64,000 bases of DNA from Planctomycetota bacterium (GCA_965222115.1 CBDCTJ010000001.1:512001-576000); one strand, 5' to 3'. Counted from the stretch's first letter, positions 9,619 to 19,507 are shown. Notes: generated by a model not told the origin, from the letters alone. Translations and numbers: made by a program.

Positions 9619-11121
9619 CTATTCCGTTCCTTGCCGACCCACCGCCAGGATCAAATGCGCGTGCGCGATGTGGAGGTCGCGCAATGCGCGAGCGGCATCG
9701 AGTCGAAAGCGAAGCAAGCGGCGTAGCGCATCGAATACGTCGAGGGGAGATGCACCGCCGGTCGCATAGGATGCGGAAGCGTCTTCGTAGACCTGCTGAG
9801 CTTGCTTGAGCTGCACGTCGTGATAGAGATCGCGCAGGCGGCTCGCCGTTTGGAAGTTACTGTGGGCCTGCTGCACGCGGAACTGAGTCTCATCGCGAAC
9901 GGCCGCTAGCGCGTTTTTTGCTGCGCTGAGAGAATCGCGCATCTCGCGCAGGTAAGCGTCTTTGGTGCCAAACCAGGGATCGGGTTTGATCTTTGGACGC
10001 ACGTCAAACGGCTGCTTGGCTCTTTCGCTCCCTCCCGTGGCGTGCGAGACGCCCGCCATCTCGCTAAGTCCGATGGAGAAGGCCGGATAGGTGCCCAATT
10101 CGCCGAGGGCGATCATTGTCTCCATGCGCGCAAGACGAGCATGGGCCTCGCGGATCTTCGGCTGCGTCACCAGCGACGCGCGGATATAGATGGACGCGTT
10201 CGATTCAATCTGGGGCACCGATGACGGCGTCGGTTCACCAAGCGTGCTCTCAAGCGGAACGTGCATGTGTCTCTTGAGATCAGCCGCCAAGATGCGTCCA
10301 TCGCGCTCCAAGGTCTCTACGCGATTATCGAAGTTGGCGATCTCAACCTGGGCCTGCAAGACGGCGCCCTTCTTGCCGATTCCAGACTCGAATCTGCTCC
10401 GCGCCACCGCCTCCAACTGTTTCGTGTACGCCGCCATATGTCTGAGAATCTGGATGGCCTGCCCAACGTAGATCAGTTTCGCAAAGCCGATTCGCGCCTC
10501 GGTGAGCACACGATGCGTAGTCCCTACGTACCGGGCACGCGCCTCCTCCATCGAGTGTCCCACGAGCGCTGCCTTGAGCTCCAACGTACCGGGGAACGGA
10601 AAGTGCTGATCGAGGCGATCACCGGATAGCGGCATACCGATCTTGGTCATGGAGCTTCGCTGAAAACTCGCGTACTGACCGATGATCGCGTCGAGATAGC
10701 TGACCTGCGCATAGCGATTTTTCGTGGCTTCGAGTTTCTCTCGCGCCGCCGCGATAGCGGGATTGCGCATCCATGCCGCCGTGAGCATCACGTTTTCGTC
10801 AATCGGATTTGACAACGACGCCGGGAACGAAGGCTCTTGCGCTACCTGTTGCATCGCCGAATCGGCGGGAGCACCAACGAATGTCGCAAAGGCCCAATCA
10901 CTGTGGTTCTCAAGCCGTTCATTCCACAACGCAAGCGCGCGCTCCACAACATGAGGACCATTTGGTGTCTCCTCAATGCTCGACGCAGGCAGCGTGGCGC
11001 TACCGTTATCCACAAAATGATCAACGGCGAGAGGACGCGGAACTAGGCGGCGCGCGTGGCACGAGGCGACTACGCATGTCGAGAGCGCCAGCAAGACAAA
11101 CGTTGGCACGCGGTACATCAT
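9619..11121 (-). CDS. TolC family outer-membrane efflux lipoprotein (copy 2)
   Basis: Lipobox VVASC, 'RNPAIAAAR', 'QHFPFPG.L.LK', helical OEP repeats; ATGA overlap with upstream gene. Confidence 0.85.
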   Translation of the reverse strand: MMYRVPTFVLLALSTCVVASCHARRLVPRPLAVDHFVDNGSATLPASSIEETPNGPHVVERALALWNERLENHSDWAFATFVGAPADSAMQQVAQEPSFPASLSNPIDENVMLTAAWMRNPAIAAAREKLEATKNRYAQVSYLDAIIGQYASFQRSSMTKIGMPLSGDRLDQHFPFPGTLELKAALVGHSMEEARARYVGTTHRVLTEARIGFAKLIYVGQAIQILRHMAAYTKQLEAVARSRFESGIGKKGAVLQAQVEIANFDNRVETLERDGRILAADLKRHMHVPLESTLGEPTPSSVPQIESNASIYIRASLVTQPKIREAHARLARMETMIALGELGTYPAFSIGLSEMAGVSHATGGSERAKQPFDVRPKIKPDPWFGTKDAYLREMRDSLSAAKNALAAVRDETQFRVQQAHSNFQTASRLRDLYHDVQLKQAQQVYEDASASYATGGASPLDVFDALRRLLRFRLDAARALRDLHIAHAHLILAVGRQGTE

Positions 11122-12560
11122 CGTGTGTTCTCCCCACTTCGCCAGGGATTGAGGCTGATTCCAACAAGCTGTTCCAACCGAGCCACCATCTGCTCGTGGT
11201 CCACCAACGCACGTTGTTCGGCGAGCTGGAAGTTCAGCCACACCATGCGCGCTTCCAACAGCCGCCCAAACAGATCGCGACCTGCCTCTTGTCGCGCTTC
11301 GGCAATGTTGAGCGCCTTCTTTGCCTGGGGGATCAAGGATTCCCGATACAGACGCACGAGACGCTCCGCGTTTTGAAGTCGAACGAACACCTTGCTGATG
11401 CGCGCGTGAACGCTGTCGGTCTCAGCACGAATGGCGTGCTCCGCTGCGTGCCGGAGATAATGGGCCTCCTCTCGCTTGGCCCGATTTTTGGGACCCCAGA
11501 GCGGGACGGTAAATCCGAGACCAATCCCAACTGCGTCGTCACCTTCGCCGGGCGGCGAGCCGATCGCATTCCCGACAAACGAATATTGAATCCCAAGCGA
11601 AAAGTCGGGCACCGCAGCCAGTCGCGCCAATCGTTCTGCGTGCCTAGCACTATGCAGCTTATGGGTCGCAGCTTGAATTTCTTGCCGCCGATCGTGAGCA
11701 AGGTCGTAGAGCTGCTTCCGCTTCATGTGCAGTCGTCGAAACGGGAGCCGGCCTGTGACGAGAACGGATGCGCTGGGATCCTGGGACAAAATCGTATTGA
11801 TCTTAGTCTCTTCGTTTGCCCGGAGTTCTTCCAACGTCACCTTGTCATAGGCTAACTGTGCCAGAGAGGACTGGGCCTTCAGCGTGTCGAACAGGGAAAG
11901 TGTATCCGGCTCACCTACGCCCGTTGCCCCATACATCGTCGATGCCCGGGTCGCAATGTGAGTAGCAAGCTGCTGATTCTGCTCGACAATTTCAATGGCG
12001 CGACGCAGATAGACGAGCTCCGCGTAACTTACCTTGAGCTCAGCAACGACATCGCGAAGGGCAATGTGGTATTCAAGTTCTTTGACCCGTGCCTGCTCCG
12101 TCGCCATCGCGCCTTTGAGTTTGAGCTTGGCCGGGTAGGGGATGACCTGCCGAAACTGAACGGAACGTTGAAGCGGACCCACACGCGTTTGAATCGGCTC
12201 GATCATTTCCGTGTAGGTGAACATAGGATCAGGAAGCGAACTCACATGTATCGGCCGCGCGCGCGCAGCAAGCCACTTCATCCGCGCTCCCGCCAACCGC
12301 GGATTTCGCCGCGCTGCCGTATGGATCATGCGCGTCAACTCGGAATGATGTGTAGTAACCACCGTCGCGCCTCGTGCGCGATTCGCCGTCGTTGCAATAT
12401 GCGGAGTGCTATCCGCTGGAGCTGAGAAGTGAATGGACGGCAACCACACTTGATTCGTATGAATGCTGCGCTGGCAGCCGTTCGCAAACAACAGAACAAC
12501 TGGCAGCACGGTGGCCCAACGGAGGCATCGACAGATCACGGATGAGTCTCCATAATTCAC
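11118..12560 (-). CDS. TolC family outer-membrane efflux lipoprotein (copy 1)
   Basis: Lipobox FANGC, 'RNPRL...LPDPM', 'PDFSLG..Y', 'TVPLW', 'ARLEQLVG'. Confidence 0.88.
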   Translation of the reverse strand: MNYGDSSVICRCLRWATVLPVVLLFANGCQRSIHTNQVWLPSIHFSAPADSTPHIATTANRARGATVVTTHHSELTRMIHTAARRNPRLAGARMKWLAARARPIHVSSLPDPMFTYTEMIEPIQTRVGPLQRSVQFRQVIPYPAKLKLKGAMATEQARVKELEYHIALRDVVAELKVSYAELVYLRRAIEIVEQNQQLATHIATRASTMYGATGVGEPDTLSLFDTLKAQSSLAQLAYDKVTLEELRANEETKINTILSQDPSASVLVTGRLPFRRLHMKRKQLYDLAHDRRQEIQAATHKLHSARHAERLARLAAVPDFSLGIQYSFVGNAIGSPPGEGDDAVGIGLGFTVPLWGPKNRAKREEAHYLRHAAEHAIRAETDSVHARISKVFVRLQNAERLVRLYRESLIPQAKKALNIAEARQEAGRDLFGRLLEARMVWLNFQLAEQRALVDHEQMVARLEQLVGISLNPWRSGENTR

Positions 12561-12590
12561 TACTTCGGCGCTTTGCAGCCTGCCCTCGTG

Positions 12591-13361
12591 TCAATTACCT
12601 GAAGCGAGGTATCCGAAGGTCCAGGGCTCACGACGCATGGCCGTTAAGAAGCGCTCAGGATCTTTGCGGAACTTGGCAACGCACGGCGGGCAACAGAATC
12701 CGATACGCTGGCCTCGATAGGTGACGAATCCACCGCTTTTCGTGACGAGCTTGCCCATGACGGGGCACCGTCCATTGACCGTTCCAGCACTTGCGCGCGC
12801 CGTTCGCAACTGCAGCGCAGTAGGGCCGGGACGGTCGTAGGCATACGCCAGAGGATCCTTCTGCATAAGGCGCATGTATCGAGCAGGATTGGCCTCAAAT
12901 TTTGCTTTGCACGGCGGGCAACAGAATTGAATTCGCTGACCCTTGTGAGTGGACGAGCCACCGCCTTGCACGACGGTTTTCCCCATGACGGGACACCGAC
13001 CATTGGCTGCGCCCGCCTGTCGCTTCGCCTTGCGCATCGCCACGACGGATGGAAATCGCGAGATGTACCAGTACTTGGGTGGATTGAGGCGCATGAGATC
13101 CATGTATCGAGCGGGCTCCGCTTGAAATTTGGCGGCACAACCCTTGCAACAAAACGCGACGCGCTCGCCCCCGTAGGTCATCGCACCACCTTCGGTCGTC
13201 ACCAGCCGACTCCTAATCGGACACAACCCATTGACCGAACCCGCCCGTTGCGCCGCGCCTTGAAGTTGCTGTTTCGTGGGTGCAGGATCTTTCGCGTGGG
13301 CCACGGCGCCAGACCAACACATCGCGCAGGCAAGTGCTGAGACATAGAGAAACGTTTTCAT
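12591..13361 (-). CDS. Secreted protein with three YHS/TRASH-like metal-binding repeats
   Basis: Signal peptide; 3x 'NG.CP.....V...GG..T..G.R..FCC..C.AKF...P.R'. Confidence 0.85.
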   Translation of the reverse strand: MKTFLYVSALACAMCWSGAVAHAKDPAPTKQQLQGAAQRAGSVNGLCPIRSRLVTTEGGAMTYGGERVAFCCKGCAAKFQAEPARYMDLMRLNPPKYWYISRFPSVVAMRKAKRQAGAANGRCPVMGKTVVQGGGSSTHKGQRIQFCCPPCKAKFEANPARYMRLMQKDPLAYAYDRPGPTALQLRTARASAGTVNGRCPVMGKLVTKSGGFVTYRGQRIGFCCPPCVAKFRKDPERFLTAMRREPWTFGYLASGN

Positions 13362-13363
13362 GG

Positions 13364-16300
13364 TTACGTCCTTTCCATGAGTGGATCAAGTGACTGTCCG
13401 GAATTGGGCGGCAACGCGCTGTCGCCAGAAATTCGTGTGCGCCGAATGCGACGCTCTTCCAGTGCGCAATAGGCCATGGGAACGACGAACCACGTAATGG
13501 CTGCAACGATCATGCCGCCGATGGACGGCACGGCCATGGGCCGCATGACATCGCTACCGCGTCCCTCGGTTAGAAAAATCGGAATCAGAGCGAGAATCGT
13601 CGTCACGCTGGTCATGAGCGCCGGACGGATGCGCTTCTGCCCCGCTTCGAGGACGGCTGCACGCACACCTTCAACGGTCGTGGGCTTTCGCTTGGCGATG
13701 ACCTGTTGAATGTAGGTCCCAATCACAATGCCGTCGTCGGCAGCAATGCCAAAGACGGCGATAAATCCAACCCACACCGCTACCGTGAGATAGGCACCGT
13801 AGTAATCCAGCAAAATAAACCCACCCGATAGCGCGACCGGTATGCCCAAAAACACAATGAGTGAAGGACCGAAACGCCCGAAATGCAGGAAGTGCAAGAG
13901 CAGATTGAGTAGCAAGCAAAGGGGAACCAAAATGGAGAGCCGCTTGGCCGCGCGCACCTGATTTTGATAGCGTCCTCGCCAGTCCCAATACACGCCCTTG
14001 GGCAGCGTAAGTTCCCCACGATCGATCATCGCGCGCAGCGTGGCGTCGGCCTCTTCCACCAGTCCAACCTCGTCACGCCCCTCCGCATTGAACATGACGT
14101 ATCCGACGAGCAGTCCGCCCTCACCACGAATCATGCCCGGCCCGGGTGCCACCGCGAAATCGACGACGTCGGACAGCGGTATGTATGCGCCATCAGCGAT
14201 GGGAACGGGCGTACGGCGAATGGCCTCCATGTCTCCGCGCCAGGCGCGCGCGTACCGCACACGAACGGGATACCGTGCACGACCCTCCACACTCTTTGTT
14301 TGTGGCATGCCTCCAAGCGCGACTTCAATCACGCGTTGCACGTCTTCCACGCGCAGCCCATAACGCGACAGCCGTCTTCGATTGGGGCGAATCTCCAGAT
14401 AGGGCTTGCCCATCAACCGAAGTGCGGTCACGTCGGCGGCACCAGGAACGTTTTTAAGTGCCTGTTCAAACCGCAGGGTTGCTTCTTCAATGGCTTCCGA
14501 CGTAGGCCCAAAGATGCGCTGACCGATGGAAGCCTTGATTCCGGATTGCAACATGACAATGCGGGTTTCAATGGGCTGCAGCCAAGACGGAGCCACACCG
14601 GGAATGTCAGTCTTCTGACGAAGTTCCGCGATGAGCTTCTCGCGTGTCATTCCTGGCCGCCAAAGATGCCGCGGTTTCAAGACGAGAATCGTCTCGACCA
14701 TGCCCACAGGGGCGGGATCCAACGCCGTCTCTGCGCGACCCGCCTTGCCGACCACGCGAACGATCTCGGGCACTTCCATCATGCCGCGGTTTTGCGCCAT
14801 CATGACGTCAATGGATTGATTGAGTGAACCGTGCGGCAAAATGCTCGGCATGAAAAGCAGGCCCCCTTCATCCAAGGGCGGCATGAACTCCTTTCCCACG
14901 CCGGGAAATCGTTCGTAGAGAGCGGCGAGCGGCCGAACGCGTTCGGCCTCCACACCAATTTGATTCAAGGTCCACGCCACGGGAGCAAGCACACGTTTGG
15001 CCCCCAGCCACACCATGGATCCCCACAGCACAAGCAAAATCGGTGCGATGGCGAAGAGGATTTTGTTGCGCAAGATCCAACGCAAGACAGGCGTGTAGAC
15101 GGCAACGACACCACGCGCAACCGCATTGTCTTCAAGCGGCGTCAGCGGTTCGCAGAAGGCCTTAAACGCGAGACCGCCAAACAGTAGCGCCGCGATAAGT
15201 CCCAAAACAGTTGGTTGCACACGCAACACCGAATTCATGAGCGAGCCCGGCGCGGCCATCGCGGCATCGGACCAAAAGTAGATGCAGGCCCCCGCCACCC
15301 CGCCGATAAGTCCAGCAATGAACGCCGCCGGCGAACGGCGCAGTCGACCGGGCTTTAGCACGTAGTGGGCCAGGACAGGCACCAAGGTCATCGACACGAG
15401 CAACGCAGACGCCAAAGCGAACGACTTGGTCCACGCGAGCGGACGAAACAACTTCCCCTCTTGATCCGTAAGCAGAAACACAGGCAAGAAACTCACCACA
15501 GTGGTCGTAATGGCAGTAAACACGGCGCCTGCAACTTCGCAAGAGGCGTTGTGGATGGCCTTACGGCGACTTATCTGTGGGGGTCGCTCAGTAAGATGGC
15601 GGTGGATGTTCTCCGTCATCACAATGCCCATATCCACCATGGTGCCGATGGCGATGGCGATGCCCGCCAAGCTCATGATGTTGGCGTCCACACCAAACAC
15701 GCGCATGGCCACAAAGGAAATCAACACAGCGGTTGGCAGCGTGATTGCCACCAAAACGCTTGATCGAATGTGAAGCAGAAACAACAGGATGACGATGATG
15801 GTGATGAGTGATTCAAACTGCAGCGTTTCAATCAACGTTGCCTGCGTTTCTTCCACGAGCAAGGTGCGGTCGTAGAAAGGGCGCACCACAGCGCCGGCAG
15901 GCAAGCTTGGACGAAGCCGTTCCAAGGCTTCTTTGATGCGTTCAATAACGTGTAGCGGATTGGCGCCGTAGCGCATCGTCACCACGCCCCCGACCAACTC
16001 GCCATGTTCGTCAGCCAACGCGCCGCGACGAAAGGCCGGCCCAAGCGTCACCGTGGCGACATCGCGGATGCGAATGGGAACGTGCTCGCGTTCCAGTATC
16101 ACGGCCTCTTCCAAGTCTGTGAGGTTCTTGATGAAGCCCACACCGCGGATGACGTTTTCGACACCGGCGTGTTCAACCACTTTGGCTCCGACGTCGAGGT
16201 TGGCACGCTTCACTGCGTGGGCCACATGCTGAAGACTCACACGGTGCGCTCGCAAACGAAGCGGATCGACGTCGATCTGATATTCCTGGACGAATCCGCC

Positions 16301-16927
16301 CACCGACGCCACTTCGGCAACACCCTCCACCGTTTGCAACGCGTAACGCACGGTCCAGTCCTGAATCGACCTGAGCGCGGCGAGGTCGTGTGACCCATCA
16401 GGACTTTCAATGGTGTACCAAAACACCTGACCAAGACTGGTGGCATCGGGGCCAAGTGCCGAACGTGCATCGGCGGGCAACTCGCGTTGCGCGACGTTGA
16501 GTCGTTCCAAGACGCGACTGCGCGCCCAGTAGATATCGGTGCCATCTTCAAACACCACATAGATCTGACTAAAGCCAAATCCCGAAATGGACCGCACGTC
16601 GAATACCTGAGGAATGCCTTGCAGAGCTACTGCAAGTGGATAGGTCACTTGGTCTTCCACGTCTTTGGGACTGCGACCGTGCCACGGTGTGTAAACGACG
16701 ACTTGGTTTTCACTGATGTCGGGAATGGCATCCACCGGCACGTCGTCATAGGCATAGAAGCCATAGACCGCCAACCCGGTGATCAAGAGTGCCACCAGCA
16801 TGCGATTGGTGAGCAGCCCGCGGAAGAACCCGCCGAAGTGACCCCCGCCACGCAAATCGCTACCGGATGGATCGTCCGGGTCGGGCGCGGGCGGATTCAA
16901 CCAAGAACGAAACGCAAAACGACCCAT
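13364..16927 (-). CDS. cusA: CusA-type heavy-metal efflux RND permease
   Basis: 'DAIPDISENQV', 'NIMSLAGIAIAIGTMVD', 'KEFMPPLDEG', 'RIRPALMT', 'GSDVMRPMA'. Confidence 0.95.
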   Translation of the reverse strand: MGRFAFRSWLNPPAPDPDDPSGSDLRGGGHFGGFFRGLLTNRMLVALLITGLAVYGFYAYDDVPVDAIPDISENQVVVYTPWHGRSPKDVEDQVTYPLAVALQGIPQVFDVRSISGFGFSQIYVVFEDGTDIYWARSRVLERLNVAQRELPADARSALGPDATSLGQVFWYTIESPDGSHDLAALRSIQDWTVRYALQTVEGVAEVASVGGFVQEYQIDVDPLRLRAHRVSLQHVAHAVKRANLDVGAKVVEHAGVENVIRGVGFIKNLTDLEEAVILEREHVPIRIRDVATVTLGPAFRRGALADEHGELVGGVVTMRYGANPLHVIERIKEALERLRPSLPAGAVVRPFYDRTLLVEETQATLIETLQFESLITIIVILLFLLHIRSSVLVAITLPTAVLISFVAMRVFGVDANIMSLAGIAIAIGTMVDMGIVMTENIHRHLTERPPQISRRKAIHNASCEVAGAVFTAITTTVVSFLPVFLLTDQEGKLFRPLAWTKSFALASALLVSMTLVPVLAHYVLKPGRLRRSPAAFIAGLIGGVAGACIYFWSDAAMAAPGSLMNSVLRVQPTVLGLIAALLFGGLAFKAFCEPLTPLEDNAVARGVVAVYTPVLRWILRNKILFAIAPILLVLWGSMVWLGAKRVLAPVAWTLNQIGVEAERVRPLAALYERFPGVGKEFMPPLDEGGLLFMPSILPHGSLNQSIDVMMAQNRGMMEVPEIVRVVGKAGRAETALDPAPVGMVETILVLKPRHLWRPGMTREKLIAELRQKTDIPGVAPSWLQPIETRIVMLQSGIKASIGQRIFGPTSEAIEEATLRFEQALKNVPGAADVTALRLMGKPYLEIRPNRRRLSRYGLRVEDVQRVIEVALGGMPQTKSVEGRARYPVRVRYARAWRGDMEAIRRTPVPIADGAYIPLSDVVDFAVAPGPGMIRGEGGLLVGYVMFNAEGRDEVGLVEEADATLRAMIDRGELTLPKGVYWDWRGRYQNQVRAAKRLSILVPLCLLLNLLLHFLHFGRFGPSLIVFLGIPVALSGGFILLDYYGAYLTVAVWVGFIAVFGIAADDGIVIGTYIQQVIAKRKPTTVEGVRAAVLEAGQKRIRPALMTSVTTILALIPIFLTEGRGSDVMRPMAVPSIGGMIVAAITWFVVPMAYCALEERRIRRTRISGDSALPPNSGQSLDPLMERT

Positions 16928-16929
16928 CG

Positions 16930-18291
16930 CTAGCCTCCGTGACCCGCATGGGGATCGGCCGGAGCCGCGGCGGCTTCAGGCAACATGAAACTCGGTTTCC
17001 CGGTGAGCTGTAGCTGGCTATCGATCAGAAACTGGCCACGCGTAACGACCTCTTCGTCTTCCTCAAGCCCGTCTAGTACCACGAGAGAATCGCGAATACG
17101 AAAGCCCGTCTTGATCTCTCGCGGTTCGTAGATGGCGGGCCAGCGGTTCTCCCCATTTTCCAACGGCCCCGCTTCCTGCGTCATGACGTAGACGATCTTT
17201 CGATCGCCGCCATCCAACACCGCACTGCGTGGAACAGTGAGGACATGGCCGGGTGGCTGCTTCGCTTTCGGATCGAGAACCTGTCCCCCTCTCGAAAGCG
17301 ACACAAGTACGCTCGCGTCCACGTAGGCACCGGGTTTTAGCCGACCCGTTGGATTGGGAAGATCCACTCGCACGCGAACCACGCGCCGCTTGGTGTCAAG
17401 CAGCGGATCAACAAACGAGATCGTTCCGCGAAACACTTCGCCAGGAAGGCTCGGCACGGCGACCTCGACCCGTTGCCCAACGAAAACGGCGCCTGCATCC
17501 TCTTCGAAAACATCCAACATGGCCCACACCGTTGAGAGATCAACAACGGAGAAGAGATTGCTCCCGGTCTTCACATAGTCGCCCACGCTGACGGATTTTC
17601 CGAAAACCGTGCCCGCAACGTGGGCAACAAGATCAACGTGATCCCGCGCTTTCCCGTCGCGTTCCACAGCCGCAATGAACGACTCCGGCACGCCAAGCAA
17701 CTCGAGCCGGCGCTTGGACGCTTTGTAGATGGATGCCGCGCCTTCAAGGAGGGAGTCGCTCGCCTTGTCGATTTCATCCAGCGCGTGCTTGGCCGAAAGA
17801 AGTTCTTCCTGCGCGGCAACGAGTTCGGGAGCATAGATAGACGCCACACGCTGCCCCTTGACTACCGTATCGCCTGTAAAGTCAACAAAGAGACGCTCAA
17901 GGCGGCCGCCCACCCCCGCCGTCACCTGCGACTCCAATCGTTCATCGCGACGAATATGACCCAACGCCCGCAGGCGGTGGACTCCTTCGGTACGCACGAC
18001 AACCGCAGTACGAACGCCTGCCATGAAACGCTCGCGATGTCCGAGACGTACCTGACGGCCTTCGTCTACGACGGGCTCCATATCCATGCCACACACGGGG
18101 CACGTGCCGGGTGCGTCCTTCATGGTGCAAAACATGGGACAGGCGTACTTTCGACCGTCACCAAGGCTCGCGTCTACCTGATTGGGTGCGTCGCGAAACA
18201 ACCAAGAATGAGGCGTTGCCGCTACGGCAAGGGCGCCCACGCACAAGCCCACCACGAGCCCTATCCAACTACGGTTCACAGGCGCGGACAC
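16930..18291 (-). CDS. cusB: CusB-like RND periplasmic adaptor with N-terminal heavy-metal-binding domain
   Basis: 'YACPM...PGTCPVCGMDM', 'IYAPELVAAQEE', 'DLSTVW', 'GQFLIDS', His tail 'PHAGH'. Confidence 0.9.
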   Translation of the reverse strand: MSAPVNRSWIGLVVGLCVGALAVAATPHSWLFRDAPNQVDASLGDGRKYACPMFCTMKDAPGTCPVCGMDMEPVVDEGRQVRLGHRERFMAGVRTAVVVRTEGVHRLRALGHIRRDERLESQVTAGVGGRLERLFVDFTGDTVVKGQRVASIYAPELVAAQEELLSAKHALDEIDKASDSLLEGAASIYKASKRRLELLGVPESFIAAVERDGKARDHVDLVAHVAGTVFGKSVSVGDYVKTGSNLFSVVDLSTVWAMLDVFEEDAGAVFVGQRVEVAVPSLPGEVFRGTISFVDPLLDTKRRVVRVRVDLPNPTGRLKPGAYVDASVLVSLSRGGQVLDPKAKQPPGHVLTVPRSAVLDGGDRKIVYVMTQEAGPLENGENRWPAIYEPREIKTGFRIRDSLVVLDGLEEDEEVVTRGQFLIDSQLQLTGKPSFMLPEAAAAPADPHAGHGG

Positions 18292-18293
18292 GA

Positions 18294-18749
18294 CTAGTCA
18301 CCCTTCGCATTGGCCAACTCGGCATCGACCCTCTTCAAGTACTTCTCAGGATTCTTCAAGAACAGCGTGTCGCAACCGGGACAACAGAATCCAATTCGAC
18401 GGTCCTTGTAGTCCACGAACACGGCGGGATCGACGGCGTTGCCCATGACCGGACACACGGCGTTCTCAGGCGCACCGCCGGACGCGGAAGCTGCCGATGG
18501 ATCATGGGTCGGCGATTCGTCAGGTGCGGGCGCAGGTGCAGGCGCGGGCGCAGGCGATGATGCCGGAGTCGATTCACCGCCTAACGATGAACCGGACGAA
18601 GGCTGAGGGCCTGGGTGTGCGTGGGCGGCACGCTCAGGCGTCGGCGTGCTCGGCAACTTCTTTTCGTGATCCAACTGAGCGGCCCGAATGAGAAACACCA
18701 CCAGTGCACCCACAATGAGACCCATAAGAAAGAGAGTCGATGTCTTCAC
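18294..18749 (-). CDS. Membrane-anchored YHS-domain protein
   Basis: N-terminal TM, Pro/Ala linker, 'NAVCPVMG...YKDRRIGFCCPGC...F.KNPEKY'; SD AAGGTGAGG upstream. Confidence 0.85.
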   Translation of the reverse strand: MKTSTLFLMGLIVGALVVFLIRAAQLDHEKKLPSTPTPERAAHAHPGPQPSSGSSLGGESTPASSPAPAPAPAPAPDESPTHDPSAASASGGAPENAVCPVMGNAVDPAVFVDYKDRRIGFCCPGCDTLFLKNPEKYLKRVDAELANAKGD

Positions 18750-19006
18750 AATAGTTCCTCACCTTCGAATTCCAATCGACGTCGTTTGGCCAAACGGATA
18801 TGCGCAAGCACGCCGCGCGGTTAGCGCGGATTGGCTAGGAAGTGCGCCAGCACGTAGTCCACGTGCGGCGGTATGTCGCGCCGTTCGATCTGAAGTCCCG
18901 AGCCTCATGGAATCGAAGGCATCAAAACGGGCTATTCAGGTGCGGGGCGAGCGATGGATGCAGCGGAGTTGGGCTGCGGCGCTAGTCCAGCTCGTCCATG
19001 AGCGTG

Positions 19007-19468
19007 CTAAATCAGAAAGACAGTCAATCCCGGTGGTGCAATTCGCCAGGGTGGAAAAGCATCGCTCGTAACACGTCTGCGATTGGCTGACAGCTCAACG
19101 TTGCCAATCAGCGGCGAGGCTGTCGATAGAAAGGCGAGATCAAGATGCGCTAGACGCGCATCGCCGAACGAAACACACTCCGTCGCGTCGAACAGACTCG
19201 TTCGGGTACCTGGGCAGATCGTAGTGCTTGGCTCGTTCCCCGACGGGGAATCCTGGTTAACCGTTCAACAAGGCGCCTTCACGGCCCCGGCGGACCCGTT
19301 CGCAAGCGACGGCGTAGCAGCACCATGCGCCCAGTGTCCACAAGAACGAACGCAGTGTCCACAAGAACGAACATTCTCGGGCCCACACTGGCAGGGGCGG
19401 TACAGATCACCATGCGCGACATTGAGCATCGCAAGCGATAACAGGAGGCTGGAAATTGCGCGGATCAT
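19007..19468 (-). CDS. Cys-rich leader protein (DUF2946/CruR-like layout) with in-frame UGA at codon 68; selenoprotein candidate or nonsense-mutated gene
   Basis: Signal-like N-terminus, CQC and CGHC motifs, 'APC-UGA' at 19265-19267; the frame stays open 85 more codons to 'FPPWRIAPPGLTVFLI' and TAG at 19007-19009. Confidence 0.6.
19332..19372. repeat. 21-bp tandem duplication encoding VRSCGHC/VRSCGHW
   Basis: CAGTGTCCACAAGAACGAAC present at 19332 and 19353. Confidence 0.9.
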
Positions 19469-19478
19469 GAACCTACAC

Positions 19479-19507
19479 ACTATAGGCGAAGCGATGGGGA
19501 ACGCCAA
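19479..19507 (-). promoter_or_regulatory. Sigma70-type promoter for the metal-efflux operon leader
   Basis: Minus strand TTGGCG-17 bp-TATAGT, 10 nt upstream of ATG 19468. Confidence 0.55.

Noticed and set aside
11006-11014. Perfect DnaA box TTATCCACA
   Set aside because: Single copy inside a CDS, with no box cluster or AT-rich unwinding element.
18520-18555. GGCGCA/GGTGCA hexamer repeats
   Set aside because: They encode an ordinary Pro-Ala linker in the YHS protein.
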